Assembly (NCBI GenBank): GCA_022571295.1
Contig: JACZYA010000003.1
Span: 1-56,529, forward strand
Direction of reading: 5' to 3'
Source of the DNA: Acidobacteriota bacterium
GTDB taxonomy: Bacteria; Acidobacteriota; Terriglobia; Acidiferrales; 2-02-FULL-67-57
Length of the DNA stretch: 56,529 nt
Shown here: in pieces, positions 49,746-56,529 of the stretch
How positions within the stretch are numbered: the first letter of the stretch is position 1
Layout of the letters: every line of letters starts with the position of its first letter
Notes under the pieces: generated by a model
Told to the model about the DNA's origin: nothing
Database searches by the model: none
Seen by the model: only the letters and a program-made list of their open reading frames with translations
Translations under genes and position numbers: made by a program

Positions 49746-49832
49746 GCGGAAGTGGCGGAACTGGTATACGCGCAGGACTTAGAATCCTGTGGCCGCAAGG
49801 CCGTGTGGGTTCGACTCCCACCTTCCGCACCA
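49746..49832 (+). tRNA. tRNA-Leu (anticodon TAG)
   Basis: GCGGAAG/CTTCCGC acceptor stem, CAGGA-CTTAGAA-TCCTG anticodon arm, long variable arm GGCC-GCAA-GGCC, GGTTCGACTCC T-arm, encoded ACCA. Confidence 0.97.
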
Positions 49833-49855
49833 AAATTTCCGTAGGAAATTTTGCC

Positions 49856-50182
49856 CTGAGCGAGCGCAGCGAGTCGAAGGGCCATCTTCCTCCCGGTTGG
49901 TGTTGTTATCTTTTGCTTTGCGCTGATCGCAGTTACTACTGCGGAATTACCAGCAATCTTGGCCAGCGTCTTCGGGACCACGCCTCCGGCAGGGGTTCCG
50001 GCTACACCAAGGGTATCAAGCCCGTTGCATTACTCTGGTACGAATGTCACGAGGATCGCTCCTCTGCCGCCAGGCGGGAACGACAATTGAAGAAGTGGAG
50101 CCACGCCAAGAAAAAAGCGCTAGTGGAAGGATGCTTACGGTTTAAGAGTGCGAATACTCGTTTGTGGCTTTCCCTCGACTAG
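49856..50182 (+). CDS. GIY-YIG nuclease (YhbQ/YazA, UPF0213-like); start codon uncertain
   Basis: CYLLLCADRSYYCGITSNLGQRLRDHASGRGSGYTK...ARRERQLKKWSHAKK. No in-frame ATG; CTG 49856 and GTG 49805 (inside the tRNA) are the nearest options. Confidence 0.8.
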   Translation: MSERSESKGHLPPGWCCYLLLCADRSYYCGITSNLGQRLRDHASGRGSGYTKGIKPVALLWYECHEDRSSAARRERQLKKWSHAKKKALVEGCLRFKSANTRLWLSLD

Positions 50183-50194
50183 GCTCGGGACAAG
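50171..50194 (-). repeat. 24-nt mini-element E6, inverted, supplying the GIY-YIG stop codon
   Basis: Minus strand CTTGTCCCGAGCCTAGTCGAGGGA, 20/24 identical to E4 at 34052-34075. Confidence 0.8.
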
Positions 50195-50306
50195 CTCCTC
50201 CCACCTTCCGCACCAAAATCTCCGCAGGAGATTTTGCCCTGAGCGAGCGCAGCGAGTCGAAGGGCCTCCTACGGGCGACGGGGTTAGGTTCCTGCTGCGT
50301 TCATTG

Positions 50307-51176
50307 CTATTGCGGGGAGTGCGCGGTGAGGGCCGCTTCCCAGCCCAGGATGGCTTTCTTGCGCGCCGGGCCCAGGCCGTAGTTCCCGCTCTGGCCGGAT
50401 TTTCGGATCACCCGGTGGCAGGGAATCAGGAAAGGAATCGGGTTCTGGCCCACGGCATTGCCGACCGCGCGCGCGGCCAGCGGCATCCCGATGTGGCGGG
50501 CAATGTCCTGGTAGGTCACCACCGAGCCTGCCGGGATACGCAGCAGGGCTTCCCAGACTTTGAGTTGGAAGTTGGTTCCCTGAAAGAACAGGTGCAGCGG
50601 GGCCGGCTTTGCCTTCCCGAACGGAGCGAAGACTCGGCGCACCAGCGCGCGCGTACCGTTCGAGTCTTCTGTGAAGCGCGCGCGCTTCCAGCTTTTCTTC
50701 AGCGCAGCCAGCATGCGCTTGCGCCCCGAAACCGGACCGAGCGAAAGACCGCAAACCCCGCGCTCGGTGACGGCCAGCAGGCACTCCCCGAACGGGCTGG
50801 GGTGGAAGCCGTAGGTGATGCTCAAGCCGGTGCCCTTGTTCTTGAACTCGCCCGGCGTGACCGCTTCGCAGGCAACAAAGAGGTCGTGCAGGCGGCCCGG
50901 GCTGGAGAGTCCGGCTTCGTAGGTAACATCCAGTACGCTGCGCGATTCCGCCAGCAGTTGCTTGGCATATTCCTTGGTGAGGAATTGCAAAAACCGCTTG
51001 GGGCTGATGCCCACCCAGCGCGCGAACAGGCGCTGGAAGTGGAACTCGCTCACCCCGACGCTGCCGGCAATTTCCTTCAAGCTGGGCTGCTGCGGGAAAT
51101 TCTTTTCCAGGAAAAGGATGGCTTGCTCCACTCGCCGGTAGTCCGCCGCCGACTGCGCGTATCCGTTTGAGGCCAT
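50307..51176 (-). CDS. AraC-HTH / methylated-DNA-protein-cysteine methyltransferase fusion (Ada-like, no N-terminal Zn domain)
   Basis: PSLKEIA...HFQRLFARWVGISPK, GTNFQLKVW, ARAVG, IPCHRV. Start at 51176 (GGAGG RBS) or 51191. Confidence 0.92.
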   Translation of the reverse strand: MASNGYAQSAADYRRVEQAILFLEKNFPQQPSLKEIAGSVGVSEFHFQRLFARWVGISPKRFLQFLTKEYAKQLLAESRSVLDVTYEAGLSSPGRLHDLFVACEAVTPGEFKNKGTGLSITYGFHPSPFGECLLAVTERGVCGLSLGPVSGRKRMLAALKKSWKRARFTEDSNGTRALVRRVFAPFGKAKPAPLHLFFQGTNFQLKVWEALLRIPAGSVVTYQDIARHIGMPLAARAVGNAVGQNPIPFLIPCHRVIRKSGQSGNYGLGPARKKAILGWEAALTAHSPQ

Positions 51177-51296
51177 CTGGCTGCCCTCCATGCTTCGTCC
51201 TTCAGCATAGATGCTCCCGGTGGGCACGACCACCCGAATCTTGCGCTTTTTGGCCTTTTTATTTCACGGCAGGCGGCTGGCACGGGGCGTCTTTCT

Positions 51297-52583
51297 CTAA
51301 CGCAGCTCGGTGCCTTTGGTTTCTGGCAGCAGCGTCGCCAACCCGCCCGCCAGCAAGAAAGCAACTGAGGTCAGCAGGAAGGAACTGCCGATGCCGTAGC
51401 GCTCGGCCAGAATGCCCACCAGCAGAGGCGCCAGGGCGCTGAAGCCGCGCCCGAAGTTGTAGGTCAGTCCCACTGCGGTCGCGCGGATTTCAGTGGGAAA
51501 CATCTCGTTGGCAATGGTCGCGAACCCGGTGAAGTGTCCCGAGCCGAAAAAGCCCACCAGCATCCCCACCAGCAAAATCATCACCGGCGATTCCAGCCAG
51601 ACGAAAAGCGGAACCAGCAGGCCGGCCATCACCACGTAAACGATATAGACTTTGCGGCGACCGACGGCATCCGCGACGTATCCGTAGACGGGATGGGACA
51701 GCCACTTTCCGACCCCCATCAAGAGCAGCCACCCGGTGGTCTGCATGATGTCCATCCCGCGCCCTCCTTCTTCCACCGGAAGGATCAGGTAGGCTGGAAT
51801 CCAGGTGAACAATCCCCAGTAGCCGAACATGGCGGCTGAGCTGGTGGCGCTGGCAATGATCACGTTACGCCGAATGTCTGGTTGCCAGAGCCGACGCAGA
51901 GGTACGTGCGCTTGCTTCTCGGTTCTTGCCTTCCGGTGCTCCCTCCAAATGGCGGGTTCTTTAACGCCGGAGCGAATCCAAAGGACCAGCAGCGCGGGCA
52001 GCACACCTACGAGAAAAACCGCACGCCAGGCAGGTAGCTCAACGCCTTGTCCCAGCGTAAGAGTTCCCCAACCGAGGAACAGCCCCGCCACCAGTGCCGC
52101 CAGCCCTTCCCCGATGGGCCAGTTGGCCTGCATCAACGCCAGCGCTTTGGCCCGGTGCTGGGGCCGCCAGGTTTCTGCCACCAGCGCAGCACCCGCGGTC
52201 CATTCGCCGCCCATCCCCAAGCCCAGGATGAGGCGGAAGAATCCGAGCTGGAGGATTGACTGCGAGAACGCGCAGGCGCCGCTGGCCAGGGAATAAATGA
52301 GAATGCTGACCATGAGTGCGCGGGCGCGGCCGAAGCGGTCGGCGAAAAAGCCGAAGAACGCTCCTCCCACGGCAGAGGAAAGCAAGGTCAACCCTTGCAG
52401 CAAGCCGGCGGTGGCCTTGTCCATGCCGAAGTGCAGCATCAGATGGGCGAGCACCATCGCGTAAAGCATGACGTCGAAGGCGTCCAGCATCCAGCCCAGC
52501 CCGCCCGCCACCAGAGCTTTGCGCTCGTCGGCGGTGGCGTGGCGGAGCCAGCCCAGCACTCCGGATGGTTGGTGGGTACTCAT
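51297..52583 (-). CDS. MFS transporter (NanT/aromatic-acid-like)
   Basis: GWMLDAFD, GFFADRFGR, GLGMGGEW, EMFPTEIRAT, LPETKG. Confidence 0.92.
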   Translation of the reverse strand: MSTHQPSGVLGWLRHATADERKALVAGGLGWMLDAFDVMLYAMVLAHLMLHFGMDKATAGLLQGLTLLSSAVGGAFFGFFADRFGRARALMVSILIYSLASGACAFSQSILQLGFFRLILGLGMGGEWTAGAALVAETWRPQHRAKALALMQANWPIGEGLAALVAGLFLGWGTLTLGQGVELPAWRAVFLVGVLPALLVLWIRSGVKEPAIWREHRKARTEKQAHVPLRRLWQPDIRRNVIIASATSSAAMFGYWGLFTWIPAYLILPVEEGGRGMDIMQTTGWLLLMGVGKWLSHPVYGYVADAVGRRKVYIVYVVMAGLLVPLFVWLESPVMILLVGMLVGFFGSGHFTGFATIANEMFPTEIRATAVGLTYNFGRGFSALAPLLVGILAERYGIGSSFLLTSVAFLLAGGLATLLPETKGTELR

Positions 52584-52677
52584 TGGTGGATGGCGGTTTT
52601 ATACCCCAGACGCACAGGCGGGGAAAGTCTTGTTTTCGATTTGACCGTGCCAGGAGCGCGGCTTGGTGTGTCAGAGG

Positions 52678-53526
52678 CTACTTCTTGCGCGGGGAAGCGT
52701 CGTTGAGCGACCAGTCGTAACGGTAGAACTCCACCCGGGGCGATTGTTCGCGGACGCGCCGGGCCTCGTCTTCGGGCAAGTAGCGGGCTACGTAGTCGGC
52801 CAGTTTGGGGTTCGTCGCGCCCTCCCGCTGCAACTGCTGGATAAAGTCTTCCCCGTACCAGTCGAAGATTTTAGAGAGGAAGAGGACGTCGCCTCGCATC
52901 CAAACGTTTTCCTGCTGGCGGATGAACCGGCGGGCGGCGTCGTCCAGTTGCTGGTCGAGGGTTTCGGGTTGGAACGGCTCATTGCGCAGCACAGGACAAC
53001 TGGTGGAGGCGCAGTTGACCGCAAAATGGATGCGCGGCTCGGCGTAGCGCTTGCGCAGGATGCCGTGCTCGATGTCGTCTAGGCTATATTTCTTTCCGCC
53101 CGCCCAATGTTTGGCGCGCTTGAAGAAGGTGAGCCCAAAGCCGAATTTGAAAGCCCGCACGCTCCCCACGGGATAGCCGTTCAGTACGCCTTTGAGCACG
53201 AAGGCGTTGTAGGCGTTGACCCAGTAGGCAATCTGGGCTTCCGGGGTGGGGAAAAGTTCTGGGCGGTTTTCCGGGCTGACGGCGGCAAGCAGGTTCAGAA
53301 ATTCGTTCAGGCTGGCGGGGTCTTGCTTGAGGGCGGCGTAGCGGACGCGGCCGTCGCCGGTGACAAACTGCTCCAGCACTCGGGCGTAGGCGCCGGTATC
53401 GAAGCGGTTGTTCTGCGCGGGCAGCTTAGGCACGGCGGCCCCCAGCAGGGCAGCCATCAGGAGCAGGCTGAGGGCGAGTTGGGGGCGGGCGAGTTTCCGC
53501 TTGACAAACTTGCGTCCCGATGCCAT
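52678..53526 (-). CDS. DUF547 exported protein
   Basis: Signal peptide; AYWVNAYNA, SLDDIEHGILR, EPRIHFAVNCASTSCP, LSKIFDWY, YDWSLND. Start uncertain. Confidence 0.88.
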   Translation of the reverse strand: MASGRKFVKRKLARPQLALSLLLMAALLGAAVPKLPAQNNRFDTGAYARVLEQFVTGDGRVRYAALKQDPASLNEFLNLLAAVSPENRPELFPTPEAQIAYWVNAYNAFVLKGVLNGYPVGSVRAFKFGFGLTFFKRAKHWAGGKKYSLDDIEHGILRKRYAEPRIHFAVNCASTSCPVLRNEPFQPETLDQQLDDAARRFIRQQENVWMRGDVLFLSKIFDWYGEDFIQQLQREGATNPKLADYVARYLPEDEARRVREQSPRVEFYRYDWSLNDASPRKK

Positions 53527-53584
53527 TTGTATGAGCTTTTTCGCCTGCTGTAGGGGCGGATAGAAGGTGGTGGCTTCAGGGCTC

Positions 53585-54544
53585 ATGGGTAACAAGGTTC
53601 GCATCTGTTTTCACAACCGCTGCTTTGACGGCGCTTCTTCGGCGGCGGTCTTTTCGCGTTTCTACCGCGAGTGCATCAACTCGCAGGCGGAACTCCACTA
53701 TACGGGGCTGACGCACCGTCCCGCCGGTTTATTTGATGAGGTTCCCTTCGACGGGGATGAAAATATTATTGTGGACTTCAAGTATTCCAGCTCACCCCGG
53801 CTGACCTGGTGGTTCGACCACCACCAGAGCGCTTTCTTGACGCCTGAGGATGAGGAGCACTTCCGGCGCGACACCGGCAAGCAGAAATTCTACGACCCCA
53901 CCTACAAGTCCTGCACCAAGTTCTTGACCACGGTGGCCCGCGAGCGCTTCGGCTTCCACCCTGAGCCGCTGGCGGAGTTGATCCACTGGGCCGACATCAT
54001 TGACGGCGCGCAGTACGAGACCCCGGAGGTGGCGGTGAAGATGAACGTGCCCGCCACCCAGATTGGTCTGGTGATTGAAGCCTCTTCCGACGAAGGGATG
54101 ACCACTCGGCTCATCCCCCACCTGGCCAGCAAGCCGTTGGCGGAAATCGCCCGGTTGGATTTCATCGCCGATAACTTCCAGCCCTTGTATCAGCTCCACC
54201 AGAAGTCAATGGAGATTCTGCGCCAGGAGTGCCAGTTTGAGCGGGGCGTGGTGTACTACGACCTGACCGGCCATGACCTGGAAGGCTTCAACAAGTTTAT
54301 TCCCTACTACCAATATCCCGATTGCATTTTCAGCGTCAGCATCAGCGCCTCGCCCCAGCGCATCAAGGTCGGGGTGGGCTCCAATCCCTGGCATGATCTG
54401 AAGGACGGCAAGAACCTGGCCGAAATCTGCGAGCGCTACGGGGGCGGCGGCCATGCGCGTGTGGCCGCCATTTCTTTTGATCCCAATGACCTGGAAAAGG
54501 CCCGGCAGGCCGCTCGCGAGATTACCGAAGAACTCCGGCGCTAA
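53585..54544 (+). CDS. DHH/DHHA1 family phosphoesterase
   Basis: FHNRCFDG, IVDF, WFDHHQS, DIID, YGGGGHARVA. Confidence 0.88.
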   Translation: MGNKVRICFHNRCFDGASSAAVFSRFYRECINSQAELHYTGLTHRPAGLFDEVPFDGDENIIVDFKYSSSPRLTWWFDHHQSAFLTPEDEEHFRRDTGKQKFYDPTYKSCTKFLTTVARERFGFHPEPLAELIHWADIIDGAQYETPEVAVKMNVPATQIGLVIEASSDEGMTTRLIPHLASKPLAEIARLDFIADNFQPLYQLHQKSMEILRQECQFERGVVYYDLTGHDLEGFNKFIPYYQYPDCIFSVSISASPQRIKVGVGSNPWHDLKDGKNLAEICERYGGGGHARVAAISFDPNDLEKARQAAREITEELRR

Positions 54545-54597
54545 CGCCGAACCCCCAACCCCCCCAAGCGGAACTGTTTTTCAGGTAAACGGAGGAG

Positions 54598-56139
54598 CTA
54601 GTCTGCCATCTCAGTTTTTTGGTCGCCGTTCGCCGCCGCTTTCAGTTCGACTAGGTTCCGAGGCAGCAGGTCCCCGCTGCGCAGTGCGCCCTGCCAGGGG
54701 CCGTCGGTGCTCATGGCGAACCCGAGCGACTGCTGGCGGTCAAGCGAGCCGTGCGTGCTGAGCATGTCCACCATCAACTGGAAGAAGCCGCTGCCGTGGG
54801 TGTAGCCCGGTTGGAGACTGACACCCAGGTCGGAAGGGTTGCGCACGTGGTTGGTGGCCCACTGCCGGAGCCGGTGGCCCGGGTCGGGATAGAAGTGGTC
54901 CTGCGTGGCTGCGAATAGGTTGGCGTCGCTGACCCAGCCTTCGGCGTCCGCTTTGCCTTCGTCGCGCAGTTGGGTCAGGATTGTTGCCAGCGCCAGCGGG
55001 TCGCCGGTGAGCGGCTGGTAGCGGTAGGCGGTGGCGTCTTGGTTCCAACTGAACTGGGCGTGGCCGCGGCGGCTCTGGATGGCGACTCCGCCCTCGCTCC
55101 GGCTGAGCACGAAATCTACCCCGTGCAGTTGCGCCAGGACGGGCGCTAGCTTCTCGGCCTGGCCAGCTGCGGTATAGACCGCCATAAAACCCACCAGTCC
55201 GTAGCGAGGAACAACCACATCGTTCTCCTGTTCGAGGCGGTTCGCCAGCCGCCAGCCGTTTTCTTCCAGGTACTCGCGCAGCGGGACGCGATGCGATTCG
55301 ATCAGGCTGTTGCCGTGATTGGAGAAGAGGGTGATGCGCAGGCGGCCCCCGGCATCGAAGTAGAGTTCGCGCAGCAGGGAATCGACCTCAATCAGCAGGC
55401 GGCGCATCTCCTCGCGCGGCAGAATGTGGTAGAGCGAGTCGGTGGAAGCGATGTGGGCCAAGTAGATTTTTTCCTGCGAGGCCAGGAAGCGTTTGCGCAG
55501 GCGGCCCAGGTCGGCGCGGTAACTCTTGCGCGGCAGGATGTAGGCCATGCCTTTGAAAATGCCGCCCATGTCGTAGTCGAGTAGGTCGAGGTAGGGAATG
55601 TTCTGCTCGCTGAAGGTGAGCAGCATGCCGCCCGCCAGTTTGTTCTTTGTGCGGTCGAAGTAGCGGTGCTCGTAGCCCGGCACCGGGCCGCTCTGGAACA
55701 CTTCCGTCAGCGCAATCTCGCTCTCCGACGGGAAGGGCGCGATCAGCGGCACCGGACGGAAGAACTCGCGCAAGTAGCCCTCCTCCCACAGCGCAAGCAT
55801 TTCCTGGTAGGGCACGCCGTCGAGGCACACCACCAGCCAGCGGGCCTGCGGGTCGTCGGCCGCCGGGGGAAGGAAACTGGTGGGTTCATTGTTTTCGGTC
55901 AGGACGGCGTCAACGGTGCCGTCGCCGTTGCTGTCGGTGGCGATGGTGCGGTGGCCGTCGGCCCGGCGCAGGTAGGTCCAACTGCGGTCGCCGTCGGGGT
56001 GGGCGGGCGTGACCGTCACTAGCTGGTAGGCGACCGGCACCGGACGTCCCCAGGTGTGGATGCGCCGGGCCAGCGCTGCGCCCAGCGCCAGAAGGATGAG
56101 CCCTGTTAGGAGGAGAATCTTCGCGCGACGTTTCATCAT
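54598..56139 (-). CDS. Exported alkaline-phosphatase-superfamily (nucleotide pyrophosphatase-like) protein
   Basis: Signal/TM segment; CLDGV, PFPSESE, STDSLYH, FSNHG, STHGSL. Confidence 0.75.
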   Translation of the reverse strand: MMKRRAKILLLTGLILLALGAALARRIHTWGRPVPVAYQLVTVTPAHPDGDRSWTYLRRADGHRTIATDSNGDGTVDAVLTENNEPTSFLPPAADDPQARWLVVCLDGVPYQEMLALWEEGYLREFFRPVPLIAPFPSESEIALTEVFQSGPVPGYEHRYFDRTKNKLAGGMLLTFSEQNIPYLDLLDYDMGGIFKGMAYILPRKSYRADLGRLRKRFLASQEKIYLAHIASTDSLYHILPREEMRRLLIEVDSLLRELYFDAGGRLRITLFSNHGNSLIESHRVPLREYLEENGWRLANRLEQENDVVVPRYGLVGFMAVYTAAGQAEKLAPVLAQLHGVDFVLSRSEGGVAIQSRRGHAQFSWNQDATAYRYQPLTGDPLALATILTQLRDEGKADAEGWVSDANLFAATQDHFYPDPGHRLRQWATNHVRNPSDLGVSLQPGYTHGSGFFQLMVDMLSTHGSLDRQQSLGFAMSTDGPWQGALRSGDLLPRNLVELKAAANGDQKTEMAD

Positions 56140-56366
56140 CCTGTTTTTCTTGGATGCCGGCAAAGCAGCGGGCTAGTACAGCATATTTCCCCGCGGCAAG
56201 GAAGAAGCGGCTGCGAGCGGCCGTAGTGGGTCTTTTTGAAAATTAAAACTCGCGCCGAGCCCGGCGGCTTGACCGCAAGCGCGTGCGGTTAGTGCGCGAT
56301 GGGGTGCAAGGAAAGCCAAGTCCAACCGACCCCGGAACTGACACCAAGGAAAGCGCCCGAAGCATG

Positions 56367-56529
56367 TTATTCTTCCTTGCTCGTCTTGCCGAGTTTGGTC
56401 TCCTCCGCTGACTTGCCTTCTTTGTCGCCCTCGCTGCTCTCCAATAGGAGCGGAAGAAACCGAAGCAGATAGAGATACGCGACTACGGTAGCGTATATCG
56501 GTATCAGGTGCGGTACTTGCAAACTATTG
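56367..56529 (-). CDS. 3' end of a probable membrane protein entering from beyond the window
   Basis: Open frame NSLQVPHLIPIYATVVAYLYLLRFLPLLLESSEGDKEGKSAEETKLGKTSKEE* on the minus strand. Confidence 0.45.
   Translation of the reverse strand, partial: NSLQVPHLIPIYATVVAYLYLLRFLPLLLESSEGDKEGKSAEETKLGKTSKEE

Larger units (their letters stand above)
49815..50266 (+). mobile_element. Minimal tRNA-anchored GIY-YIG cassette bounded by 69-bp direct repeats
   Basis: 49815-49883 and 50198-50266 differ at 3 positions; each copy consists of the tRNA 3' 18 nt, a hairpin and a mini-element. The spacing is 383 bp. Confidence 0.7.

Noticed and set aside
49815-50266. Direct repeats as a CRISPR array or as prophage attL/attR
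   Set aside because: Only two 69-bp copies 383 bp apart; no cas, integrase or phage genes in the window.
50148-51170. 340-aa plus-strand ORF after the GIY-YIG gene
   Set aside because: Its start translates the second direct repeat and the remainder is antisense to the Ada-like gene.

Overview
A GC-rich bacterial chromosome segment that is mostly housekeeping. Gene content and order (acidobacterial-type VWA protein, long LptC/LptA-like protein, coaBC-udg-priA, tig-clpP-clpX-lon-rho) suggest Acidobacteriota; this is inference, not a database result. Left to right it contains: a partial MFS gene; a long coupled operon (moaD/moaE fusion, VWA, suhB, metallophosphoesterase, then pdp-nupC-punA-cdd-amidohydrolase for nucleoside salvage); rodZ plus a helical-repeat protein; a GAF-GGDEF cyclase; a two-gene bacterial-microcompartment satellite (BMC-H plus acylating aldehyde dehydrogenase); lptC/A-lptB-rpoN-rapZ; msbA-yicC-gmk-rpoZ-coaBC-udg-priA; M50 protease; HU; dcd; apbC; REC-PilZ; hisS-aspS-mutL-cmk; rho-lon-clpX-clpP-tig; tRNA-Leu(TAG); and an accessory right end. 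The most unusual signal is a family of 24-33 nt, CTTG-tagged, frame-preserving hairpin mini-elements. They flank a small GIY-YIG nuclease ORF in a 383-bp cassette that duplicates the tRNA-Leu 3' end without an integrase. They also recur 16 kb away as single and triple-nested insertions in an abandoned 5' copy of hisS. Other highlights are a hisS with a replaced 5' end and a ~95-aa insert, an aspS Cys-containing tail, two unannotated structured intergenic RNA candidates, and a plausible link between nucleoside catabolism and the microcompartment.
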